Shown here: positions 50,713 to 62,720 of the stretch, one piece after another | Layout of the letters: each line of letters starts with the position of its first letter | How positions within the stretch are numbered: position 1 is the first letter of the stretch | DNA from: Vitrella brassicaformis CCMP3155 | Lineage: Eukaryota; Protista; Chromerida | Reading direction: 5' to 3' | Assembly (NCBI GenBank): GCA_001179505.1 | Contig: CDMY01000448.1 | Coordinates: forward strand, 10,692-74,691 | DNA: 64,000 bases | The notes under the pieces: generated by a model | What the model saw: the letters and a program-made list of their open reading frames with translations, nothing else | The model's database searches: none | What the model was told of the DNA's origin: nothing | Position numbers and translations under genes: made by a program

Positions 50713-53700
50713 ATGTTGATAGCGCGTTATTTCGACCAGAGGCGCGGCGAGGCCGCCCAGCAGAAGTCGGCGCAGCTGCATCCGGACATCGCCCTGTCGA
50801 GTGGAACTGTCGCTGCCCGCCTGGATGGGTGGCTGCCGCACCGGCCGCCCATCGAGGCGCTCATCGCCCGCGGCATCTTACGAGACCCCTATGAGAAGCA
50901 GCTCATATGCGATCGGCTGGAGCGGTTTCTCCGACAGAAGGTTGCCGAGAGGGACCTGGCGCACATCACGGGCACTGCCGAGTACGACCCCTCCGTTGCG
51001 GCCTACCTGATGGACAATGGCCTGACGCAGCTGGCGCACCTCAATGCAGAGGGCCGCATCGCCACTCACCTGTCGGATGTGGAAAAGCAGCTGAGGGCGG
51101 CACGTGATGACGACGAGCGGCTAAGGGCGGCGATTCCCTCACACGTGAAGGAGAGGAGGGAGGAGGCCAGCCGTCTGATCGAGCAGGCGACGGCCATCCA
51201 AGACTCGACGGAGAGGGTGGGCAAGCAGCTGTGCGACCAACTCTACAGCACCGAGGACGGCACTGATGGGCTGCCGTCTGTGGAGCAGATGAAGCGCATG
51301 ATTGAGGAGTCCCGTGTGGCTTTGCGGAAGCAGCAGGTGATCCAGCGCCAGGCGCACTTTGTGGCCGCCCTGGAGCAGATGGTCAAGATGACCGACCAGG
51401 CACGGCAGCTGGTTTTCCACCGCACCGACGAGGCCGTCCGGCTGACGCATGAGGCCCTGCGTGTGTGCGGCAAGCTGCCCCCCAACAGCCGGGAGGTCGG
51501 CACCCAGCGCGTCCTCTTCGTCCTCCAGTACGCCAAGAACCACTACCTGCAGGCAATACACCGGCAGATCGACAGCCCTCGCGTCAAGTGGGGAACCATC
51601 ACATTGCTGCACCAGCCCGACGCAGGCGAAGGCCATGTACCTCTACCCTCCCCCTCTCAGTCGGGAGGCCCCCATCTCGATGGTGATGAGAGCGTCAAGG
51701 CGGCCATCCTGGAGTCTGTGGCTGCCCTGGTGTGGGTGCAGAAGATCGCTGCGGCCGCCACGCAGCTGCTGGAAAGGGGTGTGGGGGCGGACGAATCGTC
51801 GGTGCATGTGGAGCCGGCTGAATGGTGGTGCTTTAAAGCACTGGCTGTCAAGCCCATCGCGGCTTTCAGGTGAGAGGACAGACAGACAGACAGACAGACA
51901 GACAGAGAGACAGACCACGTGTGTCGATTGATCCATGTCATGTATGTGTCACACATGACATGTATCGGCATCGCATCAGGTACCACTTCATGTCGTCAAC
52001 GAGTCCGCTGTGCCGTGTGGACCGGCCCGAGTGGGCCTTCAACTTCATGCTCGACCTCTGCACGCAGCACGCAGCCGCACTCGACACCATATGGCCCCCA
52101 CCTACCGCACAAGAACAACGACAGCAACAGCAACAACAGGAAGGACAGCACCAAGACGCCAGCAGTGAGCTGACCGCCGCAAGTCTATCGGCTCTTCCAG
52201 CTCTCGACGTGTCGGAGTGCTTGGGGCACCAGCTGGCGGATGAGGTCCGGCTGCTCGTCCGGGCCCACATGCGGCTGATTGTCTTCCAGAAGCCAGCTCC
52301 TGCTCAGACGGAGAGCGGCCCTCAGCAGACGGACTTCCGTGGCCTCCTGGACAAGACGCAGCAACAGGGGCCAGAAGAGGCACCCGAAGCAACCAGCACC
52401 CTCCCCCAAGCCGCCCGTGCCCATGTGTCGCCTGCGTCATCGGCTCTGTTCCTGCACCTGATGACACACCTGCTCGAGTTGTTCCGCAGGTGGGAGCGCG
52501 TCAACGTGACGTCGGCCTTCGTCCTGTTCAGAGACTTCAATGACAACTTCCACCTGACGGCATCCTCCCAGGACACAGCAGACGCACCCACACAGCAGCC
52601 ACCACACACCCACAAACAGCAGCGGCACCAGCAGCAGCAGCAGCAGCAGGAGGGTGCGGCAGAGAGGCCCCTTGCCGACATGCTCTCTGACCTGAAGGCC
52701 AACCTCGGCCAGACGGACGCGCCCGTTGGTGATGATGACGATGAAGCAAATGCGGCCGGTGGGGAGGGTTGGGACGTCGATCTGGACCTCCAAGGCGAGT
52801 ATGAGCAGGGAGAGACGCTGACAGAGCAGCAGGGCCACACCGAGGGAGAAAAGGAGAAGGCCAAGGGGAAAGACAGAGGTGATGGTGATGGTGTGGGCAT
52901 GTTGGACTACTGGATGTACCACGACCAGCAGTTCGTCATGGCCAAGCTGGACGAGGTCCTCAGAGCCACAGCCGTCCCCCAACAAGCCTGGCAGCCCCAG
53001 ACACTCTACCTCGCCTCGAGAGCCGACGAACACGCCACGAGCAGCAGCCCACCTGCTGCTGCAGAGGGCCTCACAGCACCTCCCATCTAGTAAGCTAAGC
53101 TAACCCACCGAGCTACAGAAGCGAGATGATGCACTCACTGATGTATCCTCATTATGTATCCCATGTGTGTGTGTATGTATGTGCAGCCGTGTGGTGCGAG
53201 TGTTGGTCGACTTGCTTCGCGTTTCGTCCGAGCGGCTGGTGGGTCTGACGAGCGACGCTGCGCTGTTCAACTTCACGTCGATCCACAAGGCCGCGATCGG
53301 CCGTGTGTGCGAGGCACTCAAAGAGAGATGGAATGCCATGGCGGACCCACTGAAAGATGTGAGTGACCGACCCAACCACACACACACACACACAGAGGGA
53401 GGGGGGAGGGAGGTGGTTGGTCGGTCGCATCCATCAATCAGGTGGATGAGTGCGGTTTGCTGCTGGAGAGTGTCGGCACGTTGGAGGAGTTCCTCACCAC
53501 CGACTTCAGATACCGAGACTACATCCTCCAGGCAACCACACAACACAACACACGGCACCACTTCACGCGGCCAACCCCTCCCTCCCTGTATGCATCAGTG
53601 TGTCCGTGAGGTGGGCGAGCTTGGTGTGCGCGTGATGGCCAAATTCCTGGACCTCGTCAAGACAAAAGTGCGGGTACGTGGTGCGGTGTGTGTGGGGGGC

Positions 53701-54777
53701 ATGCCATGCGTCATGGATGGATGGATGCGGATGCAGAGTGGCGGAGTGCGGAGGATGACGCGTGAGATGGGGGTGTTTGAGGACGACATACTGCCTATCC
53801 TCACAGGCAAGCCGCCCACCTGCACCACCTCCAGCCATGTGTGTGTGTGTGTGTGTGTGTGTGATCCTCCGTCCATCCCTCTGTCTGTGTGTCTGTCCAC
53901 TGATTTGATCAGTGCTGCATCGGCGGCTGAGTGCGGTGACATTCCGTGAGGTGATGAAGGGCATGGCCGTCGCTGTCGACGCCCTCGTCATCGAAACCTA
54001 CAAGTGACCTACCTACTTACTGCCACCCACTGCACTGACAAACAAGAGCGCAGGATAGGATGCAGGACACTTACACACGTGTGTGTGTGCGTGTGTGTGG
54101 CGCCTGCAGGGATCGTCTGCCTTACCTTACCTCTCCCGACGCTCTCGAACTCATCATTGCCAACACGTACACCCCACACCCATGGCATGGGACATCACAC
54201 TGTTGGTGTCTGTCTGTCTGGCTGCAGGCGCTCTCTGATGGCGGCCTTCCAGAGTTACGGTGCAGTGCCCGAGCGGCACCTGCCCCACACGACAGACCTG
54301 CTGCCTCTGCTCACTCTCCCTTCGTCCGAGTGTCAGGTGCTCCTCCTCTCCCTCACACAGCACTTGGATGCTGTCAACCAGATCGAGGAGGAGGACGAGA
54401 CAGCAACACTCTACGACACGACAGCACGGCTGCTTCCCATCGACCCTTTATTGCTGGGAGGCGGTGTGGCCGAGCGGGTCATGATGATTGGCGGAGGTCT
54501 GGCGGGGAGGAGGGGCAACAGGGGCATTGCTGACAGGGCTGCTGTCCAAGAGGGCGAGAAGACACTCAGACAGACACTCGCTGACCTGGGGGTACGTTCG
54601 TTCGTTCGGTCCGCACGCCTCGCCGACCTTACCACACACTGAACTCACCCCCCGTGTGTCTGCTGTGTGTGTCACACGCAGGTGAGCCGTTTGTCTCTGT
54701 CGGAGGTCTTCCAGGTGCTGGACAAGCGGAAGAGTGTGGAGGTCACCGACACGGCTGCATCAGCACAGCTGCCATGA
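50713..54777 (+). CDS. RINT1: RINT1/Tip20-family tethering protein (Dsl1/NRZ complex) with an N-terminal RPEL-like motif
   Basis: AFR|YHFMSSTSPLCRVDRPEWAFNFML matches the RINT1/Tip20 signature F.YHF..T..L.KPEW as I recall it. Helical exons follow, with LFLHLMTHLLELF, AALFNFTSIH and the C-terminal SRLSLSEVFQVLDKRK. Confidence 0.75.
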
Positions 54778-55192
54778 GGGATCGAGGGATAGAATGGGTG
54801 GTTGGTCGAGTCGGCCGATGGACTGATTGACTGAGGACACGTGGGGCATGCAAGCCACTAAGCAGCGAGTAGCTGAACTTTTGTGGAACCTACCTGCATC
54901 CGTTGACAGGCGACAAAGTTCGTCTAGTCCTCACAGATCAATGATCACAACAAAGCGGCAACAAACGGAAGCGAAAGACACACAGCGAAACGAAAGGCAA
55001 TAGCGAAAAAGCAAGCAAAAACGATCAGTCCGAACACGCCAAGACAGCCAGTCGAAACACAAACCGCGACGGACAGAGACGCACACATGGAACGCGCGAA
55101 GCACACGGAGCACACAGACACTGTATGCCATGCTCAAGACACACAGCGCCATGCTCACGGCACTTGCACAACGGCCCTGCCGGAGCCGCCGG

Positions 55193-55981
55193 CTATTGCG
55201 AGAGGCTCAGCACATGCACGTCGTCGGCCTGGAAACGCCATTTGCCTCCAAAATACGCCTTTCCATCGTTATCAGCGCCGCCATGCTCAGCTCTCGACCC
55301 GCGATACCCCGCAGCCACATCACGGTTGTCCACCCAGTGGCGGCAGCTGAGCACATCATCACCAGGAGAGTCATTAGCCCCACCGGCCAGACTTAGAGTG
55401 CCGAGAAACAGCCGAGCAATGCAGAGGCGTACGTTTCCGCCGCACTTCAGAGGCGGGTTGCCCTCCGGCCCGGCAACCGTCACACGCTTCTCCCACGTGT
55501 GGAGCAGCTTGATCTTGGTCGGCCCATCGAAGTGCCCGGCCAGCGAGAAATGCCACAGATCACAGCTGTATGTGTCGAATCCTCGTGGATCCTCAGGGAG
55601 CTTGAGGCCGTCACCCATGTAGCCCCCGAAGACGTAATCGTCCTTACGGATGACAAACAGCAGGGGCCCTGCGTCGCCCACACAGCGGAGCAGATCTTCA
55701 TAGCGGGAGCCATCGCAACTCGCCCTGCAATGACAGAAACGACCACATACTCATTCATCATGTATGTATACCACGGGTTTCTACCCCACATACCTGTAGA
55801 GCAGCCGCAGCTGCCTGCCGTCCACCCAGCCGCGGAGAGCATCCTGCTGCTCGTCTGTCAGGCCCAACACACCGGCAGAAGCACTGACGGCGGTCGAGCC
55901 GGTGGGCGCCTCCCTGGTCGGGCTGTGTTGGGGTTCGGGCGACGCAATCGGTGCCTCATCCGCATGAGAGCCGCTTGCCAT
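55193..55981 (-). CDS. TLDc-domain protein
   Basis: LRGWVDGRQLRLLYR|ASCDGSRYEDLLRCVGDAGPLLFVIRKDDYVFGGYM..LWHFSLAGHF..PTKI..YFGGKWRFQADDVHVL follows the TLDc pattern (LLYRAS.DG, FGG, E/DV.V). Confidence 0.85.
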
Positions 55982-56314
55982 TGTCGACTCCAGCTGCCGG
56001 ATCTGTTGTCGAGCCTCCTCCAATCTCAGCCAACGGCGATGGGAGGGAGCGAGGCACCAACGGCTTATGATCTGGGACAGCAAGAAGGGCGCGGAGGAGA
56101 TCTTCGAAGTACTCCGTGCAATCTGCAGACCGGGGGATCCTAGAACGGAGAGATCTTCCAAGTACAGCAAGATGGCCGTGGCAGTGTGCAGATGCGCTCT
56201 TCACACGTCGAATCGCCCCGTCCTGCGTTCAAACGATCCGCCTATTGCAAGCTTAGCCCGCGAGGGGCTCACGGAACGGAGATTTCTTGGTGCCGTGTGA
56301 CCACACCGCGGCAG

Positions 56315-57629
56315 ATGTGCGGCATTCTATGGCTGCTAACAAATCGTGAGGAGATCCGCCTCTGCCGCACTTCGTTGCCATGGCTGCCAAACCTCGAGTG
56401 TGTGACGCCACTGACAGCCGCCCACATGGGCCGCCTGCTGGACGCCATCAAGAAGCGAGGCCCCGACCACCCAGACGGACACGAATGCAGCACCGACACA
56501 GATGAATCGTGCGGTGGGAATGGCTTTGTGGTGGATGCTTATGGGTCGGTGCTGCAGCTGAGGGGCGATGTGGCGGTTCGGCAGCCGCTGAGGAGGAGCC
56601 AAGACGGCGATCAGCTGCTCTCATGGAACGGGGAGATCTTCGGAGGGCTGCGGGTGGGGGAGCACGACAACGATGCCCAACGGCTCTTCGAGTGCATCTC
56701 GTCCGTCGACGGTGGGGACGATGAGGCCCTCAACGTGCTCGACGCCATCCAGGGGCCGTTTGCCTTTGCGTGGCTGCGAAGGCAGGAACAGACGCAGCAG
56801 CTTTGGTTCGGGCGCGACAAGTTGGGGAGGCGGTCACTGATGGTCGCGCTGATCCTGTCGATGCCGAGCTCTGATGGGGTGGCTGGTGCTGGTGGTGGTG
56901 GTGCTGCTGCTGCTGGTGTGCACGGCGTCATGCTGTCATCCGTTGGTTGTCAATTTGGCGACGTTGCTAGCTTCAGTGGTGATGCCACAGCTGCTGCCGC
57001 CGAGGGCGAGGCCGCGTTATCCCGATTGGCTGGCTGGCCTGGCCGTGGTTATTATCTGAGCGAGTGGGTGGAGGTGCCCGTCGACGGCCTGACCATTCTC
57101 TCTCTCTCCCACACCCACGCCGAGTATGCGCCCTTGATGACCCCGACTCACCGGCCGTGGCCCTCGCCGCTCCCCTTCTTCACACACGCCTTCTGGCCGC
57201 TGGCGTGTGTCGACGGCGAGACTGAAGCGGCAGTGGACGGCGTCAGTGTGCTGCGTGCCGCGTTGATGTCGTCTGTGGCTGAGCGAGTGCACCACTTGCG
57301 GGGGCCCGAGTGCGGCGGGGAGGGCCGGGGGCTGGGAGTGCTGTTCTCGGGAGGGCTGGACTCGACGGTCTTGGCCGCAATGGCTGCAACGGTGAGAGAG
57401 GGAGAGAGGGAGAGAGGGAGGGAGGGAGGGAGGGAGTCGGTGGGCGGGCGGGCGTGTGTGTGGTGGGAGAGGGTTGTGAATGTGTGTGTAGGTGCTGGAT
57501 GTGGACACGCCCATAGAGCTGCTGAATGTGTGTTTCGACCCCAATGAAGCACCCGATCGGCTCACTGCACTCGCAAGGTGAGCAGAGCAGAGCAGAAGAT
57601 ACACGCCTTCTTAAACACGTGTTCATGTG

Positions 57630-57661
<32 letters not shown>

Positions 57662-59008
57662 ACACGCCAGCTACGAGGAGCTGATGGGTCTGTTCCCACG
57701 CCACGACATCCGGCTCGTCTGCATCGATGTCGACTCAGGTCAGGCAGACGAAATGAATACTGTACCACTCAGAAGAAGCACTCGTCCATCCATCCATCCC
57801 CATGCATCCTCAGGCACCTTATCGGCTCACGAGTGCGCCATCCTGGAGGTGCTGGGCTGCCGGTCGAGCCACATGGACTTCAACATCGGCGCCGCGCTCT
57901 GCTTCGCGAGCAGGTCAGTCAGCGGAGCACACGCCGACACACGTGATCGATCCATGTGGGTGCAGGGGGGTTGGGCGTCTCGCGTCGCGTCGCTACATCA
58001 GCGCATCCTGGTATCGAGAGCTGCTGGACGACGCAAGTAAGTCGGGGGCTGGGGCTTAAGAGGCCTCCCTCACTGACTCTCTCTCTCTGTTCTGTTCCAT
58101 CCAGCTCGCATGCAAGGCATCTGGGCGGCCGCAAAGATCTCCCCTGAGGCCCCCGATCCTGCTGGCGGTGGTTCTGCTGGTGGCGGCGGCGAGTCAGGGC
58201 CATCGTCGTGTGTGTGCTGCCATGCCAAGGCCAAGCCCGGGTGTGTGCACCAGACGTGCCGCCTCTGCTGCGTCAAGCTGCAACGAGCCTGTGCGCTGAC
58301 GGAGACAGAGATCGGGCTGACGCAGGTGCTCCCCTCTCCCTCCCCCTTTCCCTCCAGCCAACCGAGTGCTGGTGAGGTGTTGGCTGCCATCCATGCGAGA
58401 TGGACCGAAGCCGTTGGGCCGGGCAGGGCGCCGTCAGCCACTTGCCGTGTGCACAAAGAGAGGGGGTCAGGGGACCGGCAGCAGCAGCAGCAGCAGCAAC
58501 AGGACGACAGAGAGCGCACGACGCCATGGCGATTCGACCCGCAATGGTTATAATGGATACCTTCTCTCTCTCGGCATAATTTGATTGTCCCTGAGTGTGG
58601 CGTGTGTGTGCTTTCCTGCTTGGTAATGTCAGGTACTATGCCTCCTCAGATGTGGTATATCGCGCTGCGAGCCGGGTGCTGCTTGTGGGCAGTGGTGCAG
58701 ACGAGCTGCTGGGTGGCTACGGGCGGCACCAGACGGCCTGCAGACACAGCGGCATGGAGGGACTCCGTGACGAGATGCTCATGTAAGCAAGTGGCGGGCA
58801 GACATACACACAGACAGGCAGACAGGCAGGGGTGTGTGTGTGGCTTGGCTTGGCTGGTCTTTGATGATGTACTTGACGTGTTTTGAGCCCGTGCATCTGT
58901 CTGCTGGGCGCTGCTGCACCACACATCACATGAGATTGCTGAGATCAGCCAGACAGCCAGCCAGACAGACAGACATATGCACACACGCACCCCTCTCTCC
59001 ACCCCCCA

Positions 59009-59042
<34 letters not shown>

Positions 59043-59515
59043 ATGTGGTATATGTCTGTCTCTCAGAGACGTTCGCCGTCTATGGCAGCGCAACCTGGGC
59101 CGCGACGACCGGTGTCTGGCCGCTCACGGCAGAGAGGCGCGCCACCCCTTCCTGGCCGAGGACGTCATCGCCGCCATCGGCAAGCTGCCCTTCGCCGTCA
59201 TCATGGGCACCGCCGACCACACCAATGGGACGGGCGGGCGGCGCGAGGACAAATGGCTGCTGCGGCAGGTGGCCAGGCAAATGGGGCTCACCAGATGCGC
59301 CCAGTTCAAAAAGGTCAGTGAGAGACAGATAGGGACAGGGATGGGCGACGTGGGCCATCTGCACCTCTCTCTCTCTGTGTGTGTGTGTGTGTGTGTGTCA
59401 GCGTGCGATTCAGTTCGGTTCTCGTTCGGCCAAGGAGACCAACCGGAGTCACTTTGAGAGCAACCGAAAGGCGGACGGCTCACACGCCTACAGACCCACA
59501 TCAATCAGCGGATAG
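56315..59515 (+). CDS. ASNSD1: Asparagine synthetase domain-containing protein 1
   Basis: MCGI, KRGPD, GSVLQLRG, LLSWNGEIFGG, QGPFAF, LWFGRDKLGRRSL, LGVLFSGGLDS, MDFNIGAALCFASRG, VLLVGSGADELLGGYGRH, LWQRNLGRDDR..GREARHPFL, DKWLLR, FKK|RAIQFGSRSAK. Confidence 0.92.
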
Positions 59516-61069
59516 CAGGAGGGGGAGGGGGTTTGCATGTTCGGCGTGTGTCGATCCGATCCATCTGATGGATCGTTGTGTGGATATATGTGTGAGTGTG
59601 GTGGGACGAAGGGACTTGACAGCTCCCCCTGCTGATTGATGTTCTTCTTGATCCATCCAGTCACTCAACCAACGTCAGTCTTTCAACAAGCAGGCCAGGC
59701 CAGGCATCATCCTCACTCAAAACACTCATCCCCCCATCACCCATCCCATGGACGCAACGCAGCCAGCCGGGGCTGTACATCACTCGAGTGAGTACCCACA
59801 CACGCACTGGCATACAATTGCTGGTCGAGATACACACAAATTAAGCGACCACAAGCCGTCTTGAGTGGCTTCTTCTTCTTCTAGGCCTTGCAAAGCGTCT
59901 GTCTGCGTATGATGGTCTCTGCCTCACAGGCGCTGGGCGCGTGCTTACGAGAGAGACGAGTGGTGCTTACGAGAGATTCCCTGTCTGCCTGTCTGCCTTG
60001 CGCACCCATGCACTTTTGCTGCTTGCCGGCTGCATCAACGTGCTGTTTGATGTGTGTCTTCATCGCACAGGCGAGAGAGGCTTTTTGTCCTCTTTGTGTG
60101 ACGTCGTCCATGCAGAACTTTGACCCGGTCACTAATTTTAATTCGCTCCTTTATCTAAACGTAATGTGTCCGTCCGTCCAGCGATATGCGGGCAGCCATG
60201 CCATGCCATGCCATGCCGTGCTGTACATCAATGTGTACGTGTGGGTGGATAGGATCCGCCAGTCGAGCAGCCAGACGCACGCACACCTTTCCAGAAAAAA
60301 GAAAAAACCGAGTCGATTGCGGCAGTGCACGGTCGGAAAGACGGACAGACAGACGGATAGGCAGAGACGGACAGGCGGATGAAATTAAAACCAACAGGGT
60401 GTGCATGCCACAAAAGAAAAGGGATAGCTGAAGCAAGCCAGCCGGTCGGTCGGTCGGTCGGTCGCCTCCCGCCCCTGCCCGCCCTAGTACGCGTCGTCGT
60501 GACGGGAAGCGAGGTGTTTGCCATTCGGCGACTTGGGTATGTCTTTGCGAGCGCAAATGGTCACCAAGGAGTGAAAGCCAGTCTCAGTCGGCAGCTGAAC
60601 CTTCTCTCGGTGTGTGTCTGTCTGTGTGTGAACTTCCGCGTATGCATACTTGCTTGTACACACACACACACAGTGTCTGTGTTTCGTTCAGGGCCACCTC
60701 TTCATCACTGCTGGCTGGATGGTTGGATGGATGGTTGGATGGATGGTTGGATGATCGCTGCCTACATTTTATATTTGGACGGGTGTGCATGGCGGGTTAC
60801 AATGTCGGTGCCCTCCTATCTCTGCCCGCCGACATTGTAACCCGCCTTTTTTTAGCACACTCGTTGGTTTCTGAACACAAGGCCTTGTCTCCCTCTTTCT
60901 CCTTGTCTCTCTCTTTCCTTCTTGGTCACGACACATCGACCCATTGACAGGTGAGTCGAGAGGAGAGCCACAAACACACAGACAGACACACACTTGAAGG
61001 CGCGCGTGTGTGTGTGTGTGTGGTTCAGGGCCACCTGCTTATCACTGCTGGAGGGATGGATGGATGATC

Positions 61070-61680
61070 CGCGAGCCTGAGTATGTGTGTGTCTGTCGTG
61101 TGTGTGTTCATCCCATAGCCCCCCACACACACGCATCCACCCTCTGCACTCACTCGGTTGTCTCTCGCTCTCTCTCTGTGTCCACGGGCTTTTGGCCAAC
61201 TTGGCGATGCCGTGTAGACTTGAGTATTGACTGTGGAGCTTTACTGCAAGTTGTTCTGTGAGATGCCAACACGCACCGCTTCGCCATTCGTCCTTTCCAC
61301 CAAATTGCATTTCTCACCACTTCACCGCACTGACCCCATCGATACCCCTCGTGCGGCATACCCACTTCTCACACACGCAAGGCCGTTCGCTCAAACCGCC
61401 GCACACAGACAGCCCATCACACCAGCAGTCATTCCCCGGCCTCCCAGCCCCAGGCCTCAAGCGCTCATCGAATTCCGTGTGTGTGAATGTCTGGGTGCGT
61501 CTGCCATCCACTGCTGCTCACCTGCATTCACCCATTTCGCAAACCTCTCGCCTCATTCATTCGGACTCAGATGAGCGCGGCAGCAGCCTTCATGGGCCCT
61601 TTATTGCAATGGGAAAAACTCTCGCAGCCCCAGCGGGTATGGAGGGTTCCAAACCCTGCGAGCTTAGACGTGAAAGGGGG
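61070..61680 (+). repeat. Dispersed repeat, copy 3 of 3
   Basis: Shares ccaacttggcgatgccgtg, gagtattgactgt, gcatacccacttctcacacacgcaaggccgttcgctcaaaccgccgcacacagacagccc and aaaccctgcgagcttagacgtg with the other copies. Confidence 0.85.
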
Positions 61681-61875
61681 AAGGCGCCCTCCCTTTGTTG
61701 AGGAAATGATGTGTCAGCCCGCAGATGGATAACCTCGACTATAGCCTGATTGGTTTCTCAACACCCTTACGCACAGATCAGCAGCAGAGAGACTCACAGC
61801 AAGGCCACCAACCATCAGAAGGCTCTTCTCGCTCATATCACTGCTGTCTGTCTGTGTGTCCGGTGCGTGTGCACT

Positions 61876-62720
61876 GCAGGAGCTCCCGTCGTCCCTCGAG
61901 GGGAGTCCATCTCACAGCTGGGTGCACTCACTACGTGCTCGAGCTGTGCGGTCTGAACTCACCGCAGCTGCATCGCATCCACGTGACGTGCGGCCGAGAT
62001 CGTCTACNNNNNNNNNNNNNNNNNNNNNNNNNNNNNNNNNNNNNNNNNNNNNNNNNNNNNNNNNNNNNNNNNNNNNNNNNNNNNNNNNNNNNNNNNNNNN
62101 NNNNNNNNNNNNNNNNNNNNNNNNNNNNNNNNNNNNNNNNNNNNNNNNNNNNNNNNNNNNNNNNNNNNNNNNNNNNNNNNNNNNNNNNNNNNNNNNNNNN
62201 NNNNNNNNNNNNNNNNNNNNNNNNNNNNNNNNNNNNNNNNNNNNNNNNNNNNNNNNNNNNNNNNNNNNNNNNNNNNNNNNNNNNNNNNNNNNNNNNNNNN
62301 NNNNNNNGCAGATGTTACGTCATCTCGGGAGGAGTGAGTTGGAGATGGGATTCGTGGAGGAGAACGGCCCCTCGCCGCGCGTCATCAACAACACCCTCAA
62401 GGCGGGCCAGTCCATGTTGGTCCCAGAAGGCCTCCTGCACTCACTGGCAGGACAACAGGGGCTGCAAGCCGGTGGAGTTCATCTCTTCAACCTTCAACAA
62501 ATAGTGAGGACCCTGGCTGGTGTGCTGACTGTCGCCTTTCGGCTGCTGTCCATTCCCACCAACGAACGCCTTGGCAACCACACTCGGCGTCACGTCAGGC
62601 AGAGAGAGGCGGTGCGGCTCGATTCTGACTGACCAGAAGCAGGTCGCTGGCTGCACCGGCCATGGGCGGATACATACGAGTGCCTCAAGAGATATAGGCG
62701 GCATCGGTAGGCTAGGCGGG
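61876..62720 (+). pseudogene. Germin/spherulin-like cupin pseudogene (spans an N gap)
   Basis: Piecing frames together gives CGLNSP..HPRAAEIVY and YVISG-ELEMGFVEENG..TLKAGQSMLVPEGLLHWQDN.GCKP.EFIS.TFNSEDPG. These fit germin motif 1 and motif 2 (G-x5-P-x-G-x2-H-x3-N). The frame is broken repeatedly. Confidence 0.75.
62008..62307. other. Assembly gap (300 N)
   Basis: Run of N characters. Confidence 0.99.

Noticed and set aside
50311-50841. 176-aa minus-strand ORF between the MFS and RINT1 genes
   Set aside because: It overlaps the RINT1 start and the MFS 5' region, has no recognisable motif, and is more simply the shared promoter/UTR.
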